Shown here: in pieces, positions 28,918 through 39,894 of the stretch
How the letters are laid out: the number at the start of each line of letters is the position of its first letter
Position numbering within the stretch: position 1 is the stretch's first letter
Assembly: GCA_903960135.1 (NCBI GenBank)
Contig: CAJBZP010000069.1
Location: forward strand, 1,708-65,707
Length of the DNA: 64,000 bases
Source of the DNA: an uncultured Actinomycetes bacterium
GTDB taxonomy: Bacteria > Actinomycetota > Actinomycetes > S36-B12
Reading direction: 5' to 3'
The notes under the pieces: model-generated
The model's input: only the letters and a program-made list of their open reading frames with translations
What the model was told of the DNA's origin: nothing
The model's database searches: none
Program-made: the position numbers and the translations under genes

Positions 28918-31422
28918 ATGTTCGAGAGGTTTACCGACCGGGCGCGACGGGTTGTCGTGCTTGCTCAAGAAGAAGCCCGGATGTTGAACCACAACTACAT
29001 CGGCACCGAGCACATCCTGCTCGGCCTGATCCACGAGGGCGAGGGCGTGGCCGCCAAAGCACTCGAAAGCCTGGGTATCTCCCTGGAGGCGGTCCGCCAA
29101 CAGGTTGAAGAAATCATCGGCCAAGGGCAGCAGGCACCAAGTGGGCATATTCCTTTTACCCCCCGCGCCAAGAAGGTGCTAGAACTTTCACTTCGCGAGG
29201 CCCTTCAACTAGGGCACAACTACATCGGTACTGAGCACATCCTCCTGGGCTTGATCCGTGAAGGCGAAGGTGTCGCAGCGCAGGTACTCGTTAAGTTGGG
29301 CGCCGATCTCAACCGGGTGCGCCAGCAGGTGATCCAGCTGCTTAGTGGCTACCAGGGCAAGGAGCCCGCCACCGCGGGGGGCCCCGCCGAAGGCACGCCG
29401 TCCACATCACTTGTCCTTGACCAGTTCGGCCGCAACCTCACCGCCGCTGCGCGCGAGGGCAAACTCGATCCCGTGATCGGGCGCGATAAAGAGATCGAGC
29501 GGGTGATGCAGGTGCTATCACGTCGCACCAAGAACAATCCCGTTCTGATCGGTGAGCCCGGCGTGGGCAAGACGGCGATTGTCGAAGGCCTGGCCCAGAA
29601 CATCATCAAGGGCGAAGTCCCGGAGACTTTGACCGACAAGCAGATCTACACCCTAGATCTGGGTGCCCTGGTAGCCGGGTCGCGATACCGCGGTGATTTC
29701 GAGGAGCGCCTGAAGAAGGTACTTAAGGAGATCCGCACCAGAGGCGACATCATTTTGTTCATCGATGAAATGCACACCCTTGTTGGCGCCGGAGCGGCTG
29801 AAGGCGCCATTGATGCGGCGAGCATCTTGAAGCCGATGCTCGCGCGTGGTGAGTTGCAGACAATTGGCGCAACCACCTTGGATGAGTATCGCAAGCACGT
29901 TGAGAAGGACGCCGCCCTTGAGCGACGCTTCGCACCAATTCAGGTCGAAGCACCTGATGTGGCGCACACCGTTGAGATCCTGCGCGGCCTGCGTGATCGC
30001 TATGAGTCACATCATCGGGTATCTATTACCGATGGCGCACTAGAGGCGGCAGCCCGGCTGTCGGACCGCTACATCTCTGACCGCCAACTGCCGGACAAGG
30101 CAATTGACCTGATCGACGAGGCCGGTTCGCGGTTGCGCATCCGCCGGATGACCGCGCCACCGGATCTGCGCGCTTTCGATGATCGCATTGCCGATGTGCG
30201 CAAGGAGAAGGAGTCCGCGATCGACGGCCAAGACTTCGAGAAGGCTGCTGCGCTTCGCGACGATGAGAAGAATTTGCTAGCCGAGAAGGCCACGCGTGAA
30301 CGCGAGTGGAAATCAGGTGACCTAGACGTCGTCGCTGAAGTTGATGAGCGCCTGATCGGCGAAGTGCTGGCCCTGATGACCGGAATCCCGGTTACCGACC
30401 TCACCGAAGATGACATCGCACGGTTGCTCCGGATGGAGGAGGAGCTCCATAAGCGCATCGTGGGTCAGGAGCAGGCAGTTATTGCCCTTTCCAAGGCAAT
30501 TCGCCGCACGCGTGCGGGCTTGAAGGACCCGAAGCGACCATCTGGCTCATTTATCTTCGCTGGCCCATCCGGTGTTGGCAAAACTGAATTGAGTAAGACG
30601 CTCGCGGAGTTCTTGTTTGGTGATGCCGACGCACTAATTGCCCTTGACATGAGCGAGTACTCAGAGCGTCATACGGCCTCGCGGCTATTTGGCTCACCGC
30701 CGGGATATGTCGGATATGACGAGGGTGGTCAACTTACCGAGAAGGTGCGACGCAAGCCATTCTCGGTCGTGTTGTTCGATGAGATTGAAAAGGCCCATCC
30801 GGATATCTTCAACACCTTGCTGCAGGTTCTTGAAGAAGGCCGGCTGACCGATGCCCAAGGCCGGATGATCGACTTCAAGAACACCGTCATCATCATGACC
30901 ACCAACCTGGGAAGTCGCGATGTCTCCAAGGGCGTGCTACTTGGCTTCGCCCCGGAAAATGACGAAGAGAATGCCTACGAGCGGATGAAGGCGAAGGTGC
31001 AGCAAGAACTCAAGCAGCACTTCCGGCCGGAGTTCTTGAACCGAATCGACGACACCATTGTGTTCCACCAGCTGACCGAGGCCGAGATCGTCAAGATCGT
31101 TGACCTGATGGTGGCGGCGTTGGATCTGCGCATGCAGGACATGAACATGGGTATCGAGTTGACATTGGCCGCCAAGGCGTTGCTGGCCGAGCGCGGCTAC
31201 GACCCGGTAATGGGCGCGCGTCCGCTTCGACGCACCATCCAGCGTGACCTCGAGGACCCACTGAGCGAGAAGATGCTGTTCGGTGAGATGCCGCAGGGGT
31301 CCATCGTGCTAGTTGACGTCACGGGTGAGGGTGCTGATCGAGAGTTCGTCTTTACCGCGACACCGAAGACCGAACTCCCAGATGCCCCACCGATTGAAGC
31401 CGCTGGGACCGCCGCGGAATAA
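28918..31422 (+). CDS. clpC: ATP-dependent Clp protease ATP-binding subunit ClpC
   Basis: Duplicated Clp_N repeats ([12 protein letters not shown]..., GTEHILLGL twice). Two AAA+ modules ([18 protein letters not shown]). UVR-like linker. 834 aa. Confidence 0.97.
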   Translation: MFERFTDRARRVVVLAQEEARMLNHNYIGTEHILLGLIHEGEGVAAKALESLGISLEAVRQQVEEIIGQGQQAPSGHIPFTPRAKKVLELSLREALQLGHNYIGTEHILLGLIREGEGVAAQVLVKLGADLNRVRQQVIQLLSGYQGKEPATAGGPAEGTPSTSLVLDQFGRNLTAAAREGKLDPVIGRDKEIERVMQVLSRRTKNNPVLIGEPGVGKTAIVEGLAQNIIKGEVPETLTDKQIYTLDLGALVAGSRYRGDFEERLKKVLKEIRTRGDIILFIDEMHTLVGAGAAEGAIDAASILKPMLARGELQTIGATTLDEYRKHVEKDAALERRFAPIQVEAPDVAHTVEILRGLRDRYESHHRVSITDGALEAAARLSDRYISDRQLPDKAIDLIDEAGSRLRIRRMTAPPDLRAFDDRIADVRKEKESAIDGQDFEKAAALRDDEKNLLAEKATREREWKSGDLDVVAEVDERLIGEVLALMTGIPVTDLTEDDIARLLRMEEELHKRIVGQEQAVIALSKAIRRTRAGLKDPKRPSGSFIFAGPSGVGKTELSKTLAEFLFGDADALIALDMSEYSERHTASRLFGSPPGYVGYDEGGQLTEKVRRKPFSVVLFDEIEKAHPDIFNTLLQVLEEGRLTDAQGRMIDFKNTVIIMTTNLGSRDVSKGVLLGFAPENDEENAYERMKAKVQQELKQHFRPEFLNRIDDTIVFHQLTEAEIVKIVDLMVAALDLRMQDMNMGIELTLAAKALLAERGYDPVMGARPLRRTIQRDLEDPLSEKMLFGEMPQGSIVLVDVTGEGADREFVFTATPKTELPDAPPIEAAGTAAE

Positions 31423-31462
31423 TAGGGAGCCAACCAAGTAGCCATCGGGAGGGGCCACCCAA

Positions 31463-31939
31463 ATGAGCGGCCCCTTGATCCCAGGAATGCGGGAGTTTGA
31501 TAGGCCCCGCAAGAAGAACCCGGTATTCATCTGGGTTCTTCTTGGGCTGGTGATACTGGCCGGGATAGTCATCGTGGGGCTGGGGGTTTTTGCCGCCGCC
31601 GGCCCGTTTCGTCAACTTGGCCTCGTGACTGAAAAACTTGAACCACTTGCTTTTCGGCCCACCGTTGTTCCGTCCGTGGTGCAGGTATCGGTTGCGCTGC
31701 CCGCCGGTGGCCTTTGCGCTGATGATGTTGTTGATATTTCACTCGTGCAGGACGCTACCGCGGTCTACGTGGGTGCATCGGTCACCACCCCTCGCAATAT
31801 CAGTTGCACCGCAGTTGGGCTAAGCGCCGATCAAGTTTGGGTTGATGTGCAATTACTTGATTCGTTGGGGGAACGCGAAGTAGTGCGAGCAGCTGATGGC
31901 CAGGTGCTGTCGCGGGAGAGTTCGACCGGCCTTGGCTAA
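31463..31939 (+). CDS. hypothetical single-pass membrane protein
   Basis: Basic N-terminus and one TM (VFIWVLLGLVILAGIVIVGLGVF), followed by a roughly 100-aa extracytoplasmic domain with two Cys. No motif recognised. Confidence 0.55.
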   Translation: MSGPLIPGMREFDRPRKKNPVFIWVLLGLVILAGIVIVGLGVFAAAGPFRQLGLVTEKLEPLAFRPTVVPSVVQVSVALPAGGLCADDVVDISLVQDATAVYVGASVTTPRNISCTAVGLSADQVWVDVQLLDSLGEREVVRAADGQVLSRESSTGLG

Positions 31940-32011
31940 CCAGGTCGTGCCAATTCAACGGAGTTTTTACTTCTCTTCATGACCCGCAAAACAAGGTAGT
32001 CGCCGCCGATC

Positions 32012-32034
32012 CGGCCCGCGCCGGGCCGATTTTG
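32012..32034 (+). terminator. possible intrinsic terminator
   Basis: CGGCCC-gcgcc-GGGCCG (6-bp GC stem, 5-nt loop) followed by ATTTTG, about 75 nt after the stop of the 31463-31939 ORF. Confidence 0.35.
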
Positions 32035-32091
32035 GGCCCAGGACCCCGGATGGTTTTACCTCGGGGCACCCTGACCGATACCGTGGGGTAG

Positions 32092-32715
32092 GTGAGCGGA
32101 GTTGCGCACCCGATGGGGCCGGAGCCCCCTTGGGTCTACTGGCTGCGGCGGGGCATCATCGTTTTAGCGGTGCTGGCGTTGATCATCGGCGCCTACTGGC
32201 TTATCAGCGGGCGTGGGTCCTCGAGCACGTCGTCGTCATCGGTCACCGTGACTCCAACTGCGGAGCCCTCGGCCGCGCCTGCGGCTTCTTCGTCAGCAAC
32301 GGCTGAGCCAGCTACGCCAACTGACTGCGTCGATAGCGCCATCGTGGTCGAAGCAAGCACCGATTCCTCCAAATATGTAGTCGGTGATTCCCCTCAGTTG
32401 ACGTTGACAATCGGCAATATTGGCGATGTCTCCTGCTTGCGCGATGTGGGCCCGAAAGCCAATGAGTTGGAGATCACCTCGGGTGGGTACCACGTGTGGT
32501 CGAGTGATGATTGCAATGCGAGCAACAAGAGCAAGATCGCAGTCCTCAAGCCGGGCGAGAAAGTTGCTTCGAGTATTACCTGGGATGGTAAAACCACCCA
32601 AAAGGGCTGCCCGGATGACGGAAAAGTTGCAAAGCAAGGCCGCTATGACCTCATCGCCCGAAACGGTGATGTGAAGAGTGATAAGGCCAAGTTCGCACTA
32701 ACCAAGAAGTCATGA
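32092..32715 (+). CDS. membrane-anchored extracytoplasmic protein with Ser/Thr/Ala/Pro linker and 4-Cys beta-rich domain (Rv3587c-like)
   Basis: One TM (IIVLAVLALIIGAYWLI), a low-complexity linker, and a globular domain with Cys at CVDS, SCLRD, DDCNAS and GCPDD. Located in the radA neighbourhood, as in mycobacteria. Confidence 0.65.
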   Translation: MSGVAHPMGPEPPWVYWLRRGIIVLAVLALIIGAYWLISGRGSSSTSSSSVTVTPTAEPSAAPAASSSATAEPATPTDCVDSAIVVEASTDSSKYVVGDSPQLTLTIGNIGDVSCLRDVGPKANELEITSGGYHVWSSDDCNASNKSKIAVLKPGEKVASSITWDGKTTQKGCPDDGKVAKQGRYDLIARNGDVKSDKAKFALTKKS

Positions 32716-32937
32716 CCTTGGATTGGCGGTAATTATGAACGGTGGGTTATCGAAACTGTCGTACCGATCGACGGACTCGATACTGTCGGTGTACTCGAAG
32801 AACTCGGCCCTAAGTGTTGGGTCGATTGGTTCGGTATTGTCGATCGGCTCAATCGGGTCGGCCGCCTCGTTGCTGTCGGTTGGGTCTTTCGCAAGTATTG
32901 CGTCAGTGCTTTCGGGGGCGTCAAAGTTCGCGATCAT
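32710..32937 (-). CDS. hypothetical hyper-acidic small protein (75 aa), tentative
   Basis: ORF begins 15 nt downstream of the radA stop on the same strand. It has 18 Asp/Glu against 4 Lys/Arg and a PIEPIDNTEPIDP repeat. The fully antisense + strand ORF shares its third codon position. GC1>GC2 (56% vs 40%) favours this strand. No clear SD. Confidence 0.35.
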   Translation of the reverse strand: MIANFDAPESTDAILAKDPTDSNEAADPIEPIDNTEPIDPTLRAEFFEYTDSIESVDRYDSFDNPPFIITANPRS

Positions 32938-32952
32938 GAAGTGGCGCTCAGG

Positions 32953-34335
32953 CTAATTACGCAGCGCATTCGCTAGGGTGCGGGCCACCGCTAGTGCCTC
33001 ATTAAGTGAGGTGACTTCGTGGACCTGGATGTCATTGGAAATCGAATCACCCTTGGCGCCGCGCGGGATGATGGCATCGGTGAATCCAAGTCGCGCAGCC
33101 TCAGCCAGGCGGCGGGTGAGGGCAGTAACCTTTCGAACATCGCCGGAGAGTCCAACCTCACCGATGGCAATTAGTCCACCCGGCAGCGCCATGTCATTGA
33201 CACTGCTCGCTATTGCTAGGGCGATGGCCAAGTCCGTTGCAGGTTCGACGAGGCGTACCCCACCCACCGTCGCCACGAAGCAGTCCGAAGTGGCGAGCTT
33301 TAGTCCAGCTCGGCGCTCTAGTACCCCGAGCATCATGGCGATGCGGGAAGAGTCCAAGCCACTGGTTACGCGGCGCGGCTGCGGTGCACTCGAAGGGGCG
33401 ATCAGTGCTTGGACTTCGGTGACGAGCGGGCGCCGGCCTTCGACGGTGACGCTCACGCAAGTGCCAGGGGCTGGCTCATGGCGATCACCTAGAAATAGCC
33501 CACTTGGATCGGCCAGCCCGATGATCCCGTCATCGACCAGCTCAAAGCAGCCGATCTCGTCGGCGGGCCCGAAGCGATTCTTGACCGCGCGCACCAAGCG
33601 CAAGGTGCTATGGCGGTCGCCCTCGAAGTAAAGAACCACGTCCACTAGGTGTTCAAGGGCGCGGGGGCCGGCCACACTGCCGTCCTTAGTCACATGCCCG
33701 ACGATGATCGCGGTCATGCCGCGCGATTTGGCACTAGCGATCACCGAGGCGGCGACCTCGCGCACCTGGGTTACCCCGCCCGCGGCACCGTCAATCTCAG
33801 CGCTGGCGACGGTTTGCACCGAGTCCAAGATCAACAGGCTGGGTTCGAGTGCCTCGACGTGTCCGAGCACGGCCCCTAGATCGGTCTCAGCGGCTAGATA
33901 GAGGCCTTCGGCGAGGGCACCAATGCGTTCGGCACGCATCCGCACCTGAGCGGTGGACTCTTCGCCGGTGACATACAAGGTCAGTTGTCCGGCATCGGCC
34001 CAGCGGGCTGCCACATCAAGGAGCAGGGTGGATTTACCGACCCCGGGCTCACCGGCTAGCAAGATCACGGCACCTGGCACTAGACCGCCGCCGAGCACTC
34101 GGTCAAATTCGCTGATACCCGTTGCCGTGGCCGCAGCCGCGGTTAGATCGACTGAGCCAATGGGCAGTGCGGGAGTGCCGGCTTTTGCCGCGGTGGTCCC
34201 GCGGGTTCGGGTGGCCCCGATTTCATCGACGGTGCCCCAGGCTTGGCACTCCCCGCAGCGGCCAACCCATTTAACGCTAGTCCAGCCGCAGTCACTGCAG
34301 CGGTAAGCCGGGGTTTTTGGGGCGGTGCGGGCCAT
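32953..34335 (-). CDS. radA: DNA repair protein RadA (Sms)
   Basis: N-terminal zinc ribbon CSDCGW...CGECQAWG, Walker A GEPGVGKST, the KNRFG motif and a Lon-protease-like C-terminal domain. Confidence 0.95.
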   Translation of the reverse strand: MARTAPKTPAYRCSDCGWTSVKWVGRCGECQAWGTVDEIGATRTRGTTAAKAGTPALPIGSVDLTAAAATATGISEFDRVLGGGLVPGAVILLAGEPGVGKSTLLLDVAARWADAGQLTLYVTGEESTAQVRMRAERIGALAEGLYLAAETDLGAVLGHVEALEPSLLILDSVQTVASAEIDGAAGGVTQVREVAASVIASAKSRGMTAIIVGHVTKDGSVAGPRALEHLVDVVLYFEGDRHSTLRLVRAVKNRFGPADEIGCFELVDDGIIGLADPSGLFLGDRHEPAPGTCVSVTVEGRRPLVTEVQALIAPSSAPQPRRVTSGLDSSRIAMMLGVLERRAGLKLATSDCFVATVGGVRLVEPATDLAIALAIASSVNDMALPGGLIAIGEVGLSGDVRKVTALTRRLAEAARLGFTDAIIPRGAKGDSISNDIQVHEVTSLNEALAVARTLANALRN

Positions 34336-34356
34336 CTAGGTAATCGAAGAGTCGGT

Positions 34357-35133
34357 CTAGGAGGTAATGGGTGGGTCGGCCGGGTGGGGGGTCAAGCCGG
34401 TGGTATCGGTCACGGTCAGCAGCAGCTTTTCCCGGGCCGCGCAAAGGCGCGCCAACTCCTCGTAGGCGGGTAAGCCGATTAGGGCAACGATCTCATTGCG
34501 CGATGAGAGATAAACCGGCTCGGTGCCGATATGTGCCTCGGTATTACTGCTGCAATACCAATCCAGATCATGGCCGCCAGCGCCCCATGCGCGGCGGTCA
34601 TATTCACCTAGAACCACCACCAAGCGCTCAACTTCGTCCTCGTACTTCTTGTTCTCATAGGTCCGGCGAAGGGGCAGCTGCCAGCACACCTCGGGTTTGG
34701 TCTCGACAAATGAGATGCCCTCGCGGTCGGCCAGGTGGTGCAGGGCGCAGCCGTAGCCACCGGCGAAATCCTTTTGATTGTGGAAGATGCAGGCCCCGTT
34801 GTGCACGGCGGTCTTGCGGGCGCCGTCCTCCTTTTCGATCCAGCCCTTCTTCTGGCCGATCTTGATGTTCTGCCACATGTCACCATCAAGTTTTTCGACC
34901 CAGCGGGCGACCCGCTTTTCGTCCTTCTTCTCGGAGAAGTGCGCGCCCAGCGTGCAGCAGCCGGCGTCCGGGGCATCGGCGTAGATGCCCTTGCAGCCCC
35001 GGCCGAAAATACAGGTCCAACGCGAGGTCAGCCACGTCAAGTCAGCGCGAATCAACTGGTCTTCGTCCGCGGGATCGATGAACTCGACCCACTGGCGTGG
35101 AAAATCTAAGGCGACCTCAGGCATGTAGCACAC
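34357..35133 (-). CDS. conserved actinobacterial Cys-rich protein (Rv0495c-like, possibly DUF3027)
   Basis: About 255 aa with a Cys cluster ([11 protein letters not shown] ... DAGCC ... GACIF ... YGCALHH ... EVCWQLP). It is divergent from ppx, as remembered for Rv0495c/Rv0496. Start is GTG 35133 or ATG 35124. Confidence 0.7.
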   Translation of the reverse strand: MCYMPEVALDFPRQWVEFIDPADEDQLIRADLTWLTSRWTCIFGRGCKGIYADAPDAGCCTLGAHFSEKKDEKRVARWVEKLDGDMWQNIKIGQKKGWIEKEDGARKTAVHNGACIFHNQKDFAGGYGCALHHLADREGISFVETKPEVCWQLPLRRTYENKKYEDEVERLVVVLGEYDRRAWGAGGHDLDWYCSSNTEAHIGTEPVYLSSRNEIVALIGLPAYEELARLCAAREKLLLTVTDTTGLTPHPADPPITS

Positions 35134-35210
35134 TCTATTGGGGCACTATTAACCAAGACGCGCCCGCGTCCAAGTGGGCGCCGGGAGGTGGTTGCGGGTA
35201 CCTTCTGACT

Positions 35211-36140
35211 ATGCGGCTAGGGGTCCTTGACATCGGGTCAAATACGGTGCACCTGTTGCTCGTGGACGCGCACTACGGAGCCGCTCCGATCCCGGCCTCG
35301 AAATTGAAGATGCCACTTCGGCTGGCCGAGCATTTGACTCCCGATGGGCGAATTGATGCGGCGGCGGTTGACGAGCTGATCGGATTCATCAGGCAAGGCC
35401 AGCAGCTTTCGGAAGACAAGGGCGCGACCGAGGTGATGGTATTTGCCACCTCTGCCATTCGTGAGGCCGGTAACGGTGAGGAAGTATTAAGTCGAGTGCA
35501 CGATGAGACCGGCGTCATGATTGATGTGCTAACGGGTGAGGCCGAAGCCCGCATGACATTTCTTGCGGTCCGTCGGTGGTTCGGTTGGTCGACCGGTCGG
35601 TTATTGGTTGTCGATATCGGGGGTGGCTCCCTAGAACTCGCATCCGGGGTTGATGAGGAACCAGACGTTGCCGTCTCATTGCCCCTGGGGGCCGGTCGCA
35701 TGACTAGATCGCATCTGGTCGGTGACCCCCCGACCCCTGATTCCCTTCGCGAGTTACGGCGATTTGTGCGAGCTGAAATCGCAGCGGTAACCGGGCGCAT
35801 CCTGCGCGTAGGTGAGCCGAGTATGGCTGCTGCTACCTCTAAGACATTTCGTCAGCTGGCGCGGATCGCGGGGGCAGCGCCGTCAACCGAGGGCATGTTT
35901 GTTAGGCGTTCGATGAGTATTACCGATCTGACTTCTCTGGTAAATAAATTGGCCGGCATGACGGCGGCTGAACGCACTAGTTTGCCGGGTGTTTCATCGG
36001 CCCGGGCTGGTCAGTTGCTGGCCGGAGCGGTAGTTGCCGAATCCGTCATGGATCTACTTGATATCAAGGAGTTCGTGATCTGCCCGTGGGCCTTACGTGA
36101 GGGGATGATCCTTCATCGCATGGATCGCCTGACTGAGTGA
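35211..36140 (+). CDS. ppx: exopolyphosphatase / guanosine pentaphosphate phosphohydrolase family (Ppx/GppA)
   Basis: ASKHA-fold motifs [14 protein letters not shown] and [14 protein letters not shown] 35211 chosen; the track ORF starts at 35097 and overlaps the divergent gene. Confidence 0.9.
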   Translation: MRLGVLDIGSNTVHLLLVDAHYGAAPIPASKLKMPLRLAEHLTPDGRIDAAAVDELIGFIRQGQQLSEDKGATEVMVFATSAIREAGNGEEVLSRVHDETGVMIDVLTGEAEARMTFLAVRRWFGWSTGRLLVVDIGGGSLELASGVDEEPDVAVSLPLGAGRMTRSHLVGDPPTPDSLRELRRFVRAEIAAVTGRILRVGEPSMAAATSKTFRQLARIAGAAPSTEGMFVRRSMSITDLTSLVNKLAGMTAAERTSLPGVSSARAGQLLAGAVVAESVMDLLDIKEFVICPWALREGMILHRMDRLTE

Positions 36141-38455
36141 TGGATGTAGTTCATGGCTTGACCGCGGCCGAGGTGGCTGAGCGGGTAGCTGCGGGTCAAG
36201 TAAACGATGCACCCAACGTAAACAGTCGGAGCATCAGCGACATCATCAAGGCCAACACTCTAACGTGGTTCAACGGCCTGATCGGCGCCATGTGGATCGT
36301 TATGCTCGTGATAGCTCCGATTCAGGACTCACTTTTTGGTTTCGTCATCGTGGCTAACACCGCAATCGGCATCATTCAGGAGTATCGCGCGGCAAGGGCC
36401 CTTGCAAAGCTCGCCGTTATCGGCGAAGCCAAGCCGGTGGTGCGGCGCGACGGTATCGATGTTTGCGTCAGTGCACACGATGTCGTCCTCGGCGACGTAA
36501 TCGTGCTGACCACGGGTGATCAACTGGTGGTTGACGGTGAGATGCTGTTCGCTGACGGTCTGGAAATCGACGAGAGTCTGCTGACCGGAGAAGCTGACCC
36601 CGTTGACATGAAACCTGCCGATCAGGTGATGTCGGGCTCATTCGTGGTCGCGGGTTCTGGGCTGTATCGAGCAACTCGCGTCGGTCGTGATTCATTCGCC
36701 GCCGGGTTAACCGAGCAGGCGAAGAAATTCCACCAGACCAACTCCGAACTTCGCGACTCGATTAACAAGTTCATCAGACTCCTTTCATATCTGTTGCTCC
36801 CTGTTGGCCTTTTGCTGTTCCTCTCGCAATGGCTTCGGGCAGATCTGCCGATCAAGGAAGTGCTACGGGGCACGATCGCCGGCATGGTAACCATGGTCCC
36901 CGAAGGCCTGGTGCTATTAACAAGCATCGCAATGGCCGTGGCAGTAATTCGACTAGCCGCCAAGAAGGTGTTAGTTCAAGACCTGCCCGCGGTTGAAGTT
37001 CTGGCACGTGTTGACACCATCTGCGTGGATAAGACGGGCACCCTAACCGAGCCCGGCATGCAGGTGCGCGATGTGGTGAGTTTGGTGGATAGCCAAATGA
37101 CTTCGGCGGCCCTGGGTGCGCTGGCGGCGGTTGAGTCCAGCCCGAATCCCACCTTGCAGGCGGTCGGTGCTCGATACCCGAACCCGGCGTGGACGGTGCA
37201 GCAAAGCGTGCCCTTCTCCAGCGCCCGTAAGTGGTCGGCGGCAACTTTTGCCGACCACGGGACTTGGGTCATCGGTGCCCCGGAGATGCTGCTTGGCGAT
37301 GGTGACCCGGTCCGGGCCCGGGCCGACACCATTGCAGCTGACGGCGCCCGAGTATTGCTCCTTGCGACTGGTGCGGATACCCCCAGCGCCGAAACTGGCC
37401 CCGGCGAAGTCCGGCCGGTGGCGCTAGTGGTGATTGACCAAACCCTGCGCCCTGATGCTGCCGAAACCGTTGCCTATTTCCTCGAGCAAGACGTGCGAGT
37501 CAAAGTTATTTCAGGGGATAACGCGGCAACCGTGGGGGCGATTGCGGCGAGGGCTGGTGTGCCAGGTGCTGAGAACCCGGTGGATGCCCGAACCTTGCCA
37601 TCGGACACCGTCGAAATTGCCGAGGTGCTTGCGACGGCTTCGGTATTCGGCCGGGTGACCCCGGCGCAAAAGCAATCAATGGTTGATGCGCTGCATCTCC
37701 AAGGCTGCACTGTTGCGATGACCGGCGATGGAGTCAACGATGTGCTCGCGCTTAAGAGTGCTGATCTTGGCATCGCAATGGGTTCCGGTTCGGGGGCTAC
37801 CCGCGCCGTCGCTCAACTGGTGCTGCTTGACGATAAGTGGTCGGTGATGCCGAGCGTGGTTGCCGAGGGTCGGCGAGTTCTCGGAAATATCGAGCGCGTT
37901 GCCGATGTATTCCTAACAAAGTCTTTTTATGCGATTTTCATTTCCATTGCGACCGGAGTTTTCGCGGTAGCCTTCCCGTTCCTGCCCCGTCACCTTTCAC
38001 TTATCGGGGCGCTGACGATTGGGATTCCCGGATTCTTCCTGGCACTGATGCCAAATACTGAGCGCTTTCGACCCGGTTTCTTTAAACGGGTAATAGTTTT
38101 CACTGCACCAGCGGGGGCTGTCGCTGCTTTGGCTGCCTTCACCAGCTACGGCACGGCATTAAATATTGGCGAGTCTTTGGGCGATGCCCAATCGGCAGCA
38201 ACCGTAACCTTGTTCATTGTCACCACTGCAGTATTGATACAAAGTGCCCGACCACTCAGCCTGCTTAGATTGGGCATCGTTGCTCTGATGATTGTGCTGT
38301 TCCTCGGGGTGCTGTTTATCCCGTTCTTCTCCAACTTTTTTGCGCTATCCCTCGGCCCTGAGCGATACAGTTTCGTGGCCATCGCGGTGGGCTTGATAGG
38401 GGCCGGCGGTATCTGGGCTATTACAGCCTTTACTGATCGATGGCGGCGGGCGTGA
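36137..38455 (+). CDS. cation-transporting P-type ATPase (HAD-IC, CtpE/CtpI-like)
   Basis: Motifs LTGEADP (actuator TGE), CVDKTGTLT (phospho-Asp) and [25 protein letters not shown] (hinge). About 10 TM segments. The GTG start overlaps the ppx stop (GTGA). Confidence 0.9.
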   Translation: MMDVVHGLTAAEVAERVAAGQVNDAPNVNSRSISDIIKANTLTWFNGLIGAMWIVMLVIAPIQDSLFGFVIVANTAIGIIQEYRAARALAKLAVIGEAKPVVRRDGIDVCVSAHDVVLGDVIVLTTGDQLVVDGEMLFADGLEIDESLLTGEADPVDMKPADQVMSGSFVVAGSGLYRATRVGRDSFAAGLTEQAKKFHQTNSELRDSINKFIRLLSYLLLPVGLLLFLSQWLRADLPIKEVLRGTIAGMVTMVPEGLVLLTSIAMAVAVIRLAAKKVLVQDLPAVEVLARVDTICVDKTGTLTEPGMQVRDVVSLVDSQMTSAALGALAAVESSPNPTLQAVGARYPNPAWTVQQSVPFSSARKWSAATFADHGTWVIGAPEMLLGDGDPVRARADTIAADGARVLLLATGADTPSAETGPGEVRPVALVVIDQTLRPDAAETVAYFLEQDVRVKVISGDNAATVGAIAARAGVPGAENPVDARTLPSDTVEIAEVLATASVFGRVTPAQKQSMVDALHLQGCTVAMTGDGVNDVLALKSADLGIAMGSGSGATRAVAQLVLLDDKWSVMPSVVAEGRRVLGNIERVADVFLTKSFYAIFISIATGVFAVAFPFLPRHLSLIGALTIGIPGFFLALMPNTERFRPGFFKRVIVFTAPAGAVAALAAFTSYGTALNIGESLGDAQSAATVTLFIVTTAVLIQSARPLSLLRLGIVALMIVLFLGVLFIPFFSNFFALSLGPERYSFVAIAVGLIGAGGIWAITAFTDRWRRA

Positions 38456-39231
38456 GCCCACTCATTGGCTTATCAAGCTCATCTGTCTACCCGGAGAACA
38501 CTGCTGCGGCCTTTGAGATAGCCGCGGCCCTTGGCTACGACGGCGTAGAAGTGATGGTTGGTACTGATTCGGTGAGTCAGGATCTTGATGCCCTTGCGGC
38601 CTTGGTCGACCACTATCAAGTGCCGGTTATCTCGATCCACGCTCCATGCCTACTCGTTACCCAGCGGGTGTGGGGCACTGACTCATGGGTGAAACTGCGC
38701 AAGGCACAGGAAGTCGCTGAGATTCTTGGTGCGTCCACAGTGGTTGTGCACCCGCCCTTTAGATGGCAGCGTGACTACGCACGTACCTTCGTTAGCGGCC
38801 TGGAGGCCATGCGCAATGAAACTAATGTGCAATTTGCCGTAGAGAACATGTTCCCGTGGCGTGCGGTCACGCAACGCTTACCTGCTTATTCACCTGGTTG
38901 GGATATCCGAGACGAGGATTACCCGCACACAACTTTGGATCTTTCCCATACCGCGGTCTCCGGTAGTGATGCCCTGCAGTTCGCGATGGATCTTGGGGAA
39001 CGCCTCACCCACCTGCACTTAGCCGACGGCAGCGGTTCAGCGCTCGATGAGCACCTATTGCCCGGGCGAGGCACTCAGCCGGTTGGCGCAGTCCTAGAGT
39101 TTTTAGTCGGTGCCGGCTTCGGGGGCGCGGTAATTGTCGAGGTAAGCACTAGGGGTGCTGGGTCGCGTGAGCAGCGGGTGGCAGATCTAGCCGAGGCCCT
39201 CGCTTTCGCACGCCGGCACCTGTCACTTTGA
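38452..39231 (+). CDS. sugar phosphate isomerase/epimerase (xylose-isomerase-like TIM barrel)
   Basis: Motifs GYDGVEV, VVVHPP, FAVENM and LDLSHTAV. Start is GTG 38452 (GTGA overlap with the ATPase stop) or ATG 38440. Confidence 0.8.
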   Translation: MSPLIGLSSSSVYPENTAAAFEIAAALGYDGVEVMVGTDSVSQDLDALAALVDHYQVPVISIHAPCLLVTQRVWGTDSWVKLRKAQEVAEILGASTVVVHPPFRWQRDYARTFVSGLEAMRNETNVQFAVENMFPWRAVTQRLPAYSPGWDIRDEDYPHTTLDLSHTAVSGSDALQFAMDLGERLTHLHLADGSGSALDEHLLPGRGTQPVGAVLEFLVGAGFGGAVIVEVSTRGAGSREQRVADLAEALAFARRHLSL

Positions 39232-39261
39232 GTTAATCCCATCGCCACGCAATAAATACCC

Positions 39262-39885
39262 GTGCCCGGTACGGTGCAGGGTGTGGCCGAACCCGATCTG
39301 ACTTCCTCGATCTTGGGCGCGGCGCGCTTAGTGCTCGGCGCCCGCGGTTATGCAAACACCACGATTAAAACAGTGGCGGCGGCGGCCGGTGTGGCCCCTG
39401 GTGTCGTCCGATCCCTCTACTCCAACAAGGAGCAATTACTCGCCGCCGCGCTACGGGTGCCATTTGACCCGGCTGGCAGTATTCCGAAGTTAATCGCGCC
39501 CGGCTTGGACGGCATGGGTGAGCGGTTGGTGCGGCTGACCTTGCAACTCAGTAGCGATGAGCAGGTGCGTAAGGATGCCACCAATTTGATGCAGTCGGCC
39601 CGCACATCTACGAGCATTGATCAATTACGCGGCCTGACCGAATTCCTGCAGGCCACTTTGCTCGATCGGTTAGTGGAGGCCATGGGCGTGCCCGATGCCC
39701 GGATGCGCGGCGCCTTGATCACCGCGTACTTAGCCGGGGTGGCCGCAACCCGTTCAATGTTGAATATTGAACCACTGGCCTCCGCGACCGACGAGGTGAT
39801 CGTGGCGCTGGTGGCACCGACCATTCAGCGACTCCTTGACCCAACACAGCCACTGCCTACCAAGGATGCACCCGGGAAGTCATAA
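39262..39885 (+). CDS. TetR-family transcriptional regulator
   Basis: N-terminal HTH (ARGYANTTIKTVAAAAGVAPGVVRSLYSNKEQLL). Confidence 0.8.
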   Translation: MPGTVQGVAEPDLTSSILGAARLVLGARGYANTTIKTVAAAAGVAPGVVRSLYSNKEQLLAAALRVPFDPAGSIPKLIAPGLDGMGERLVRLTLQLSSDEQVRKDATNLMQSARTSTSIDQLRGLTEFLQATLLDRLVEAMGVPDARMRGALITAYLAGVAATRSMLNIEPLASATDEVIVALVAPTIQRLLDPTQPLPTKDAPGKS

Positions 39886-39894
39886 GGTCATCTG

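Noticed and set aside
32723-32956. + strand SIGS-repeat ORF (77 aa) as the real gene in the radA-proximal gap
   Set aside because: It is not firmly rejected. It is down-weighted because GC1 (40%) is below GC2 (56%) in this frame, whereas the antisense frame shows the usual GC1>GC2. It also uses a TTG start without an SD and would overlap the radA stop. It is kept as the alternative in the finding.
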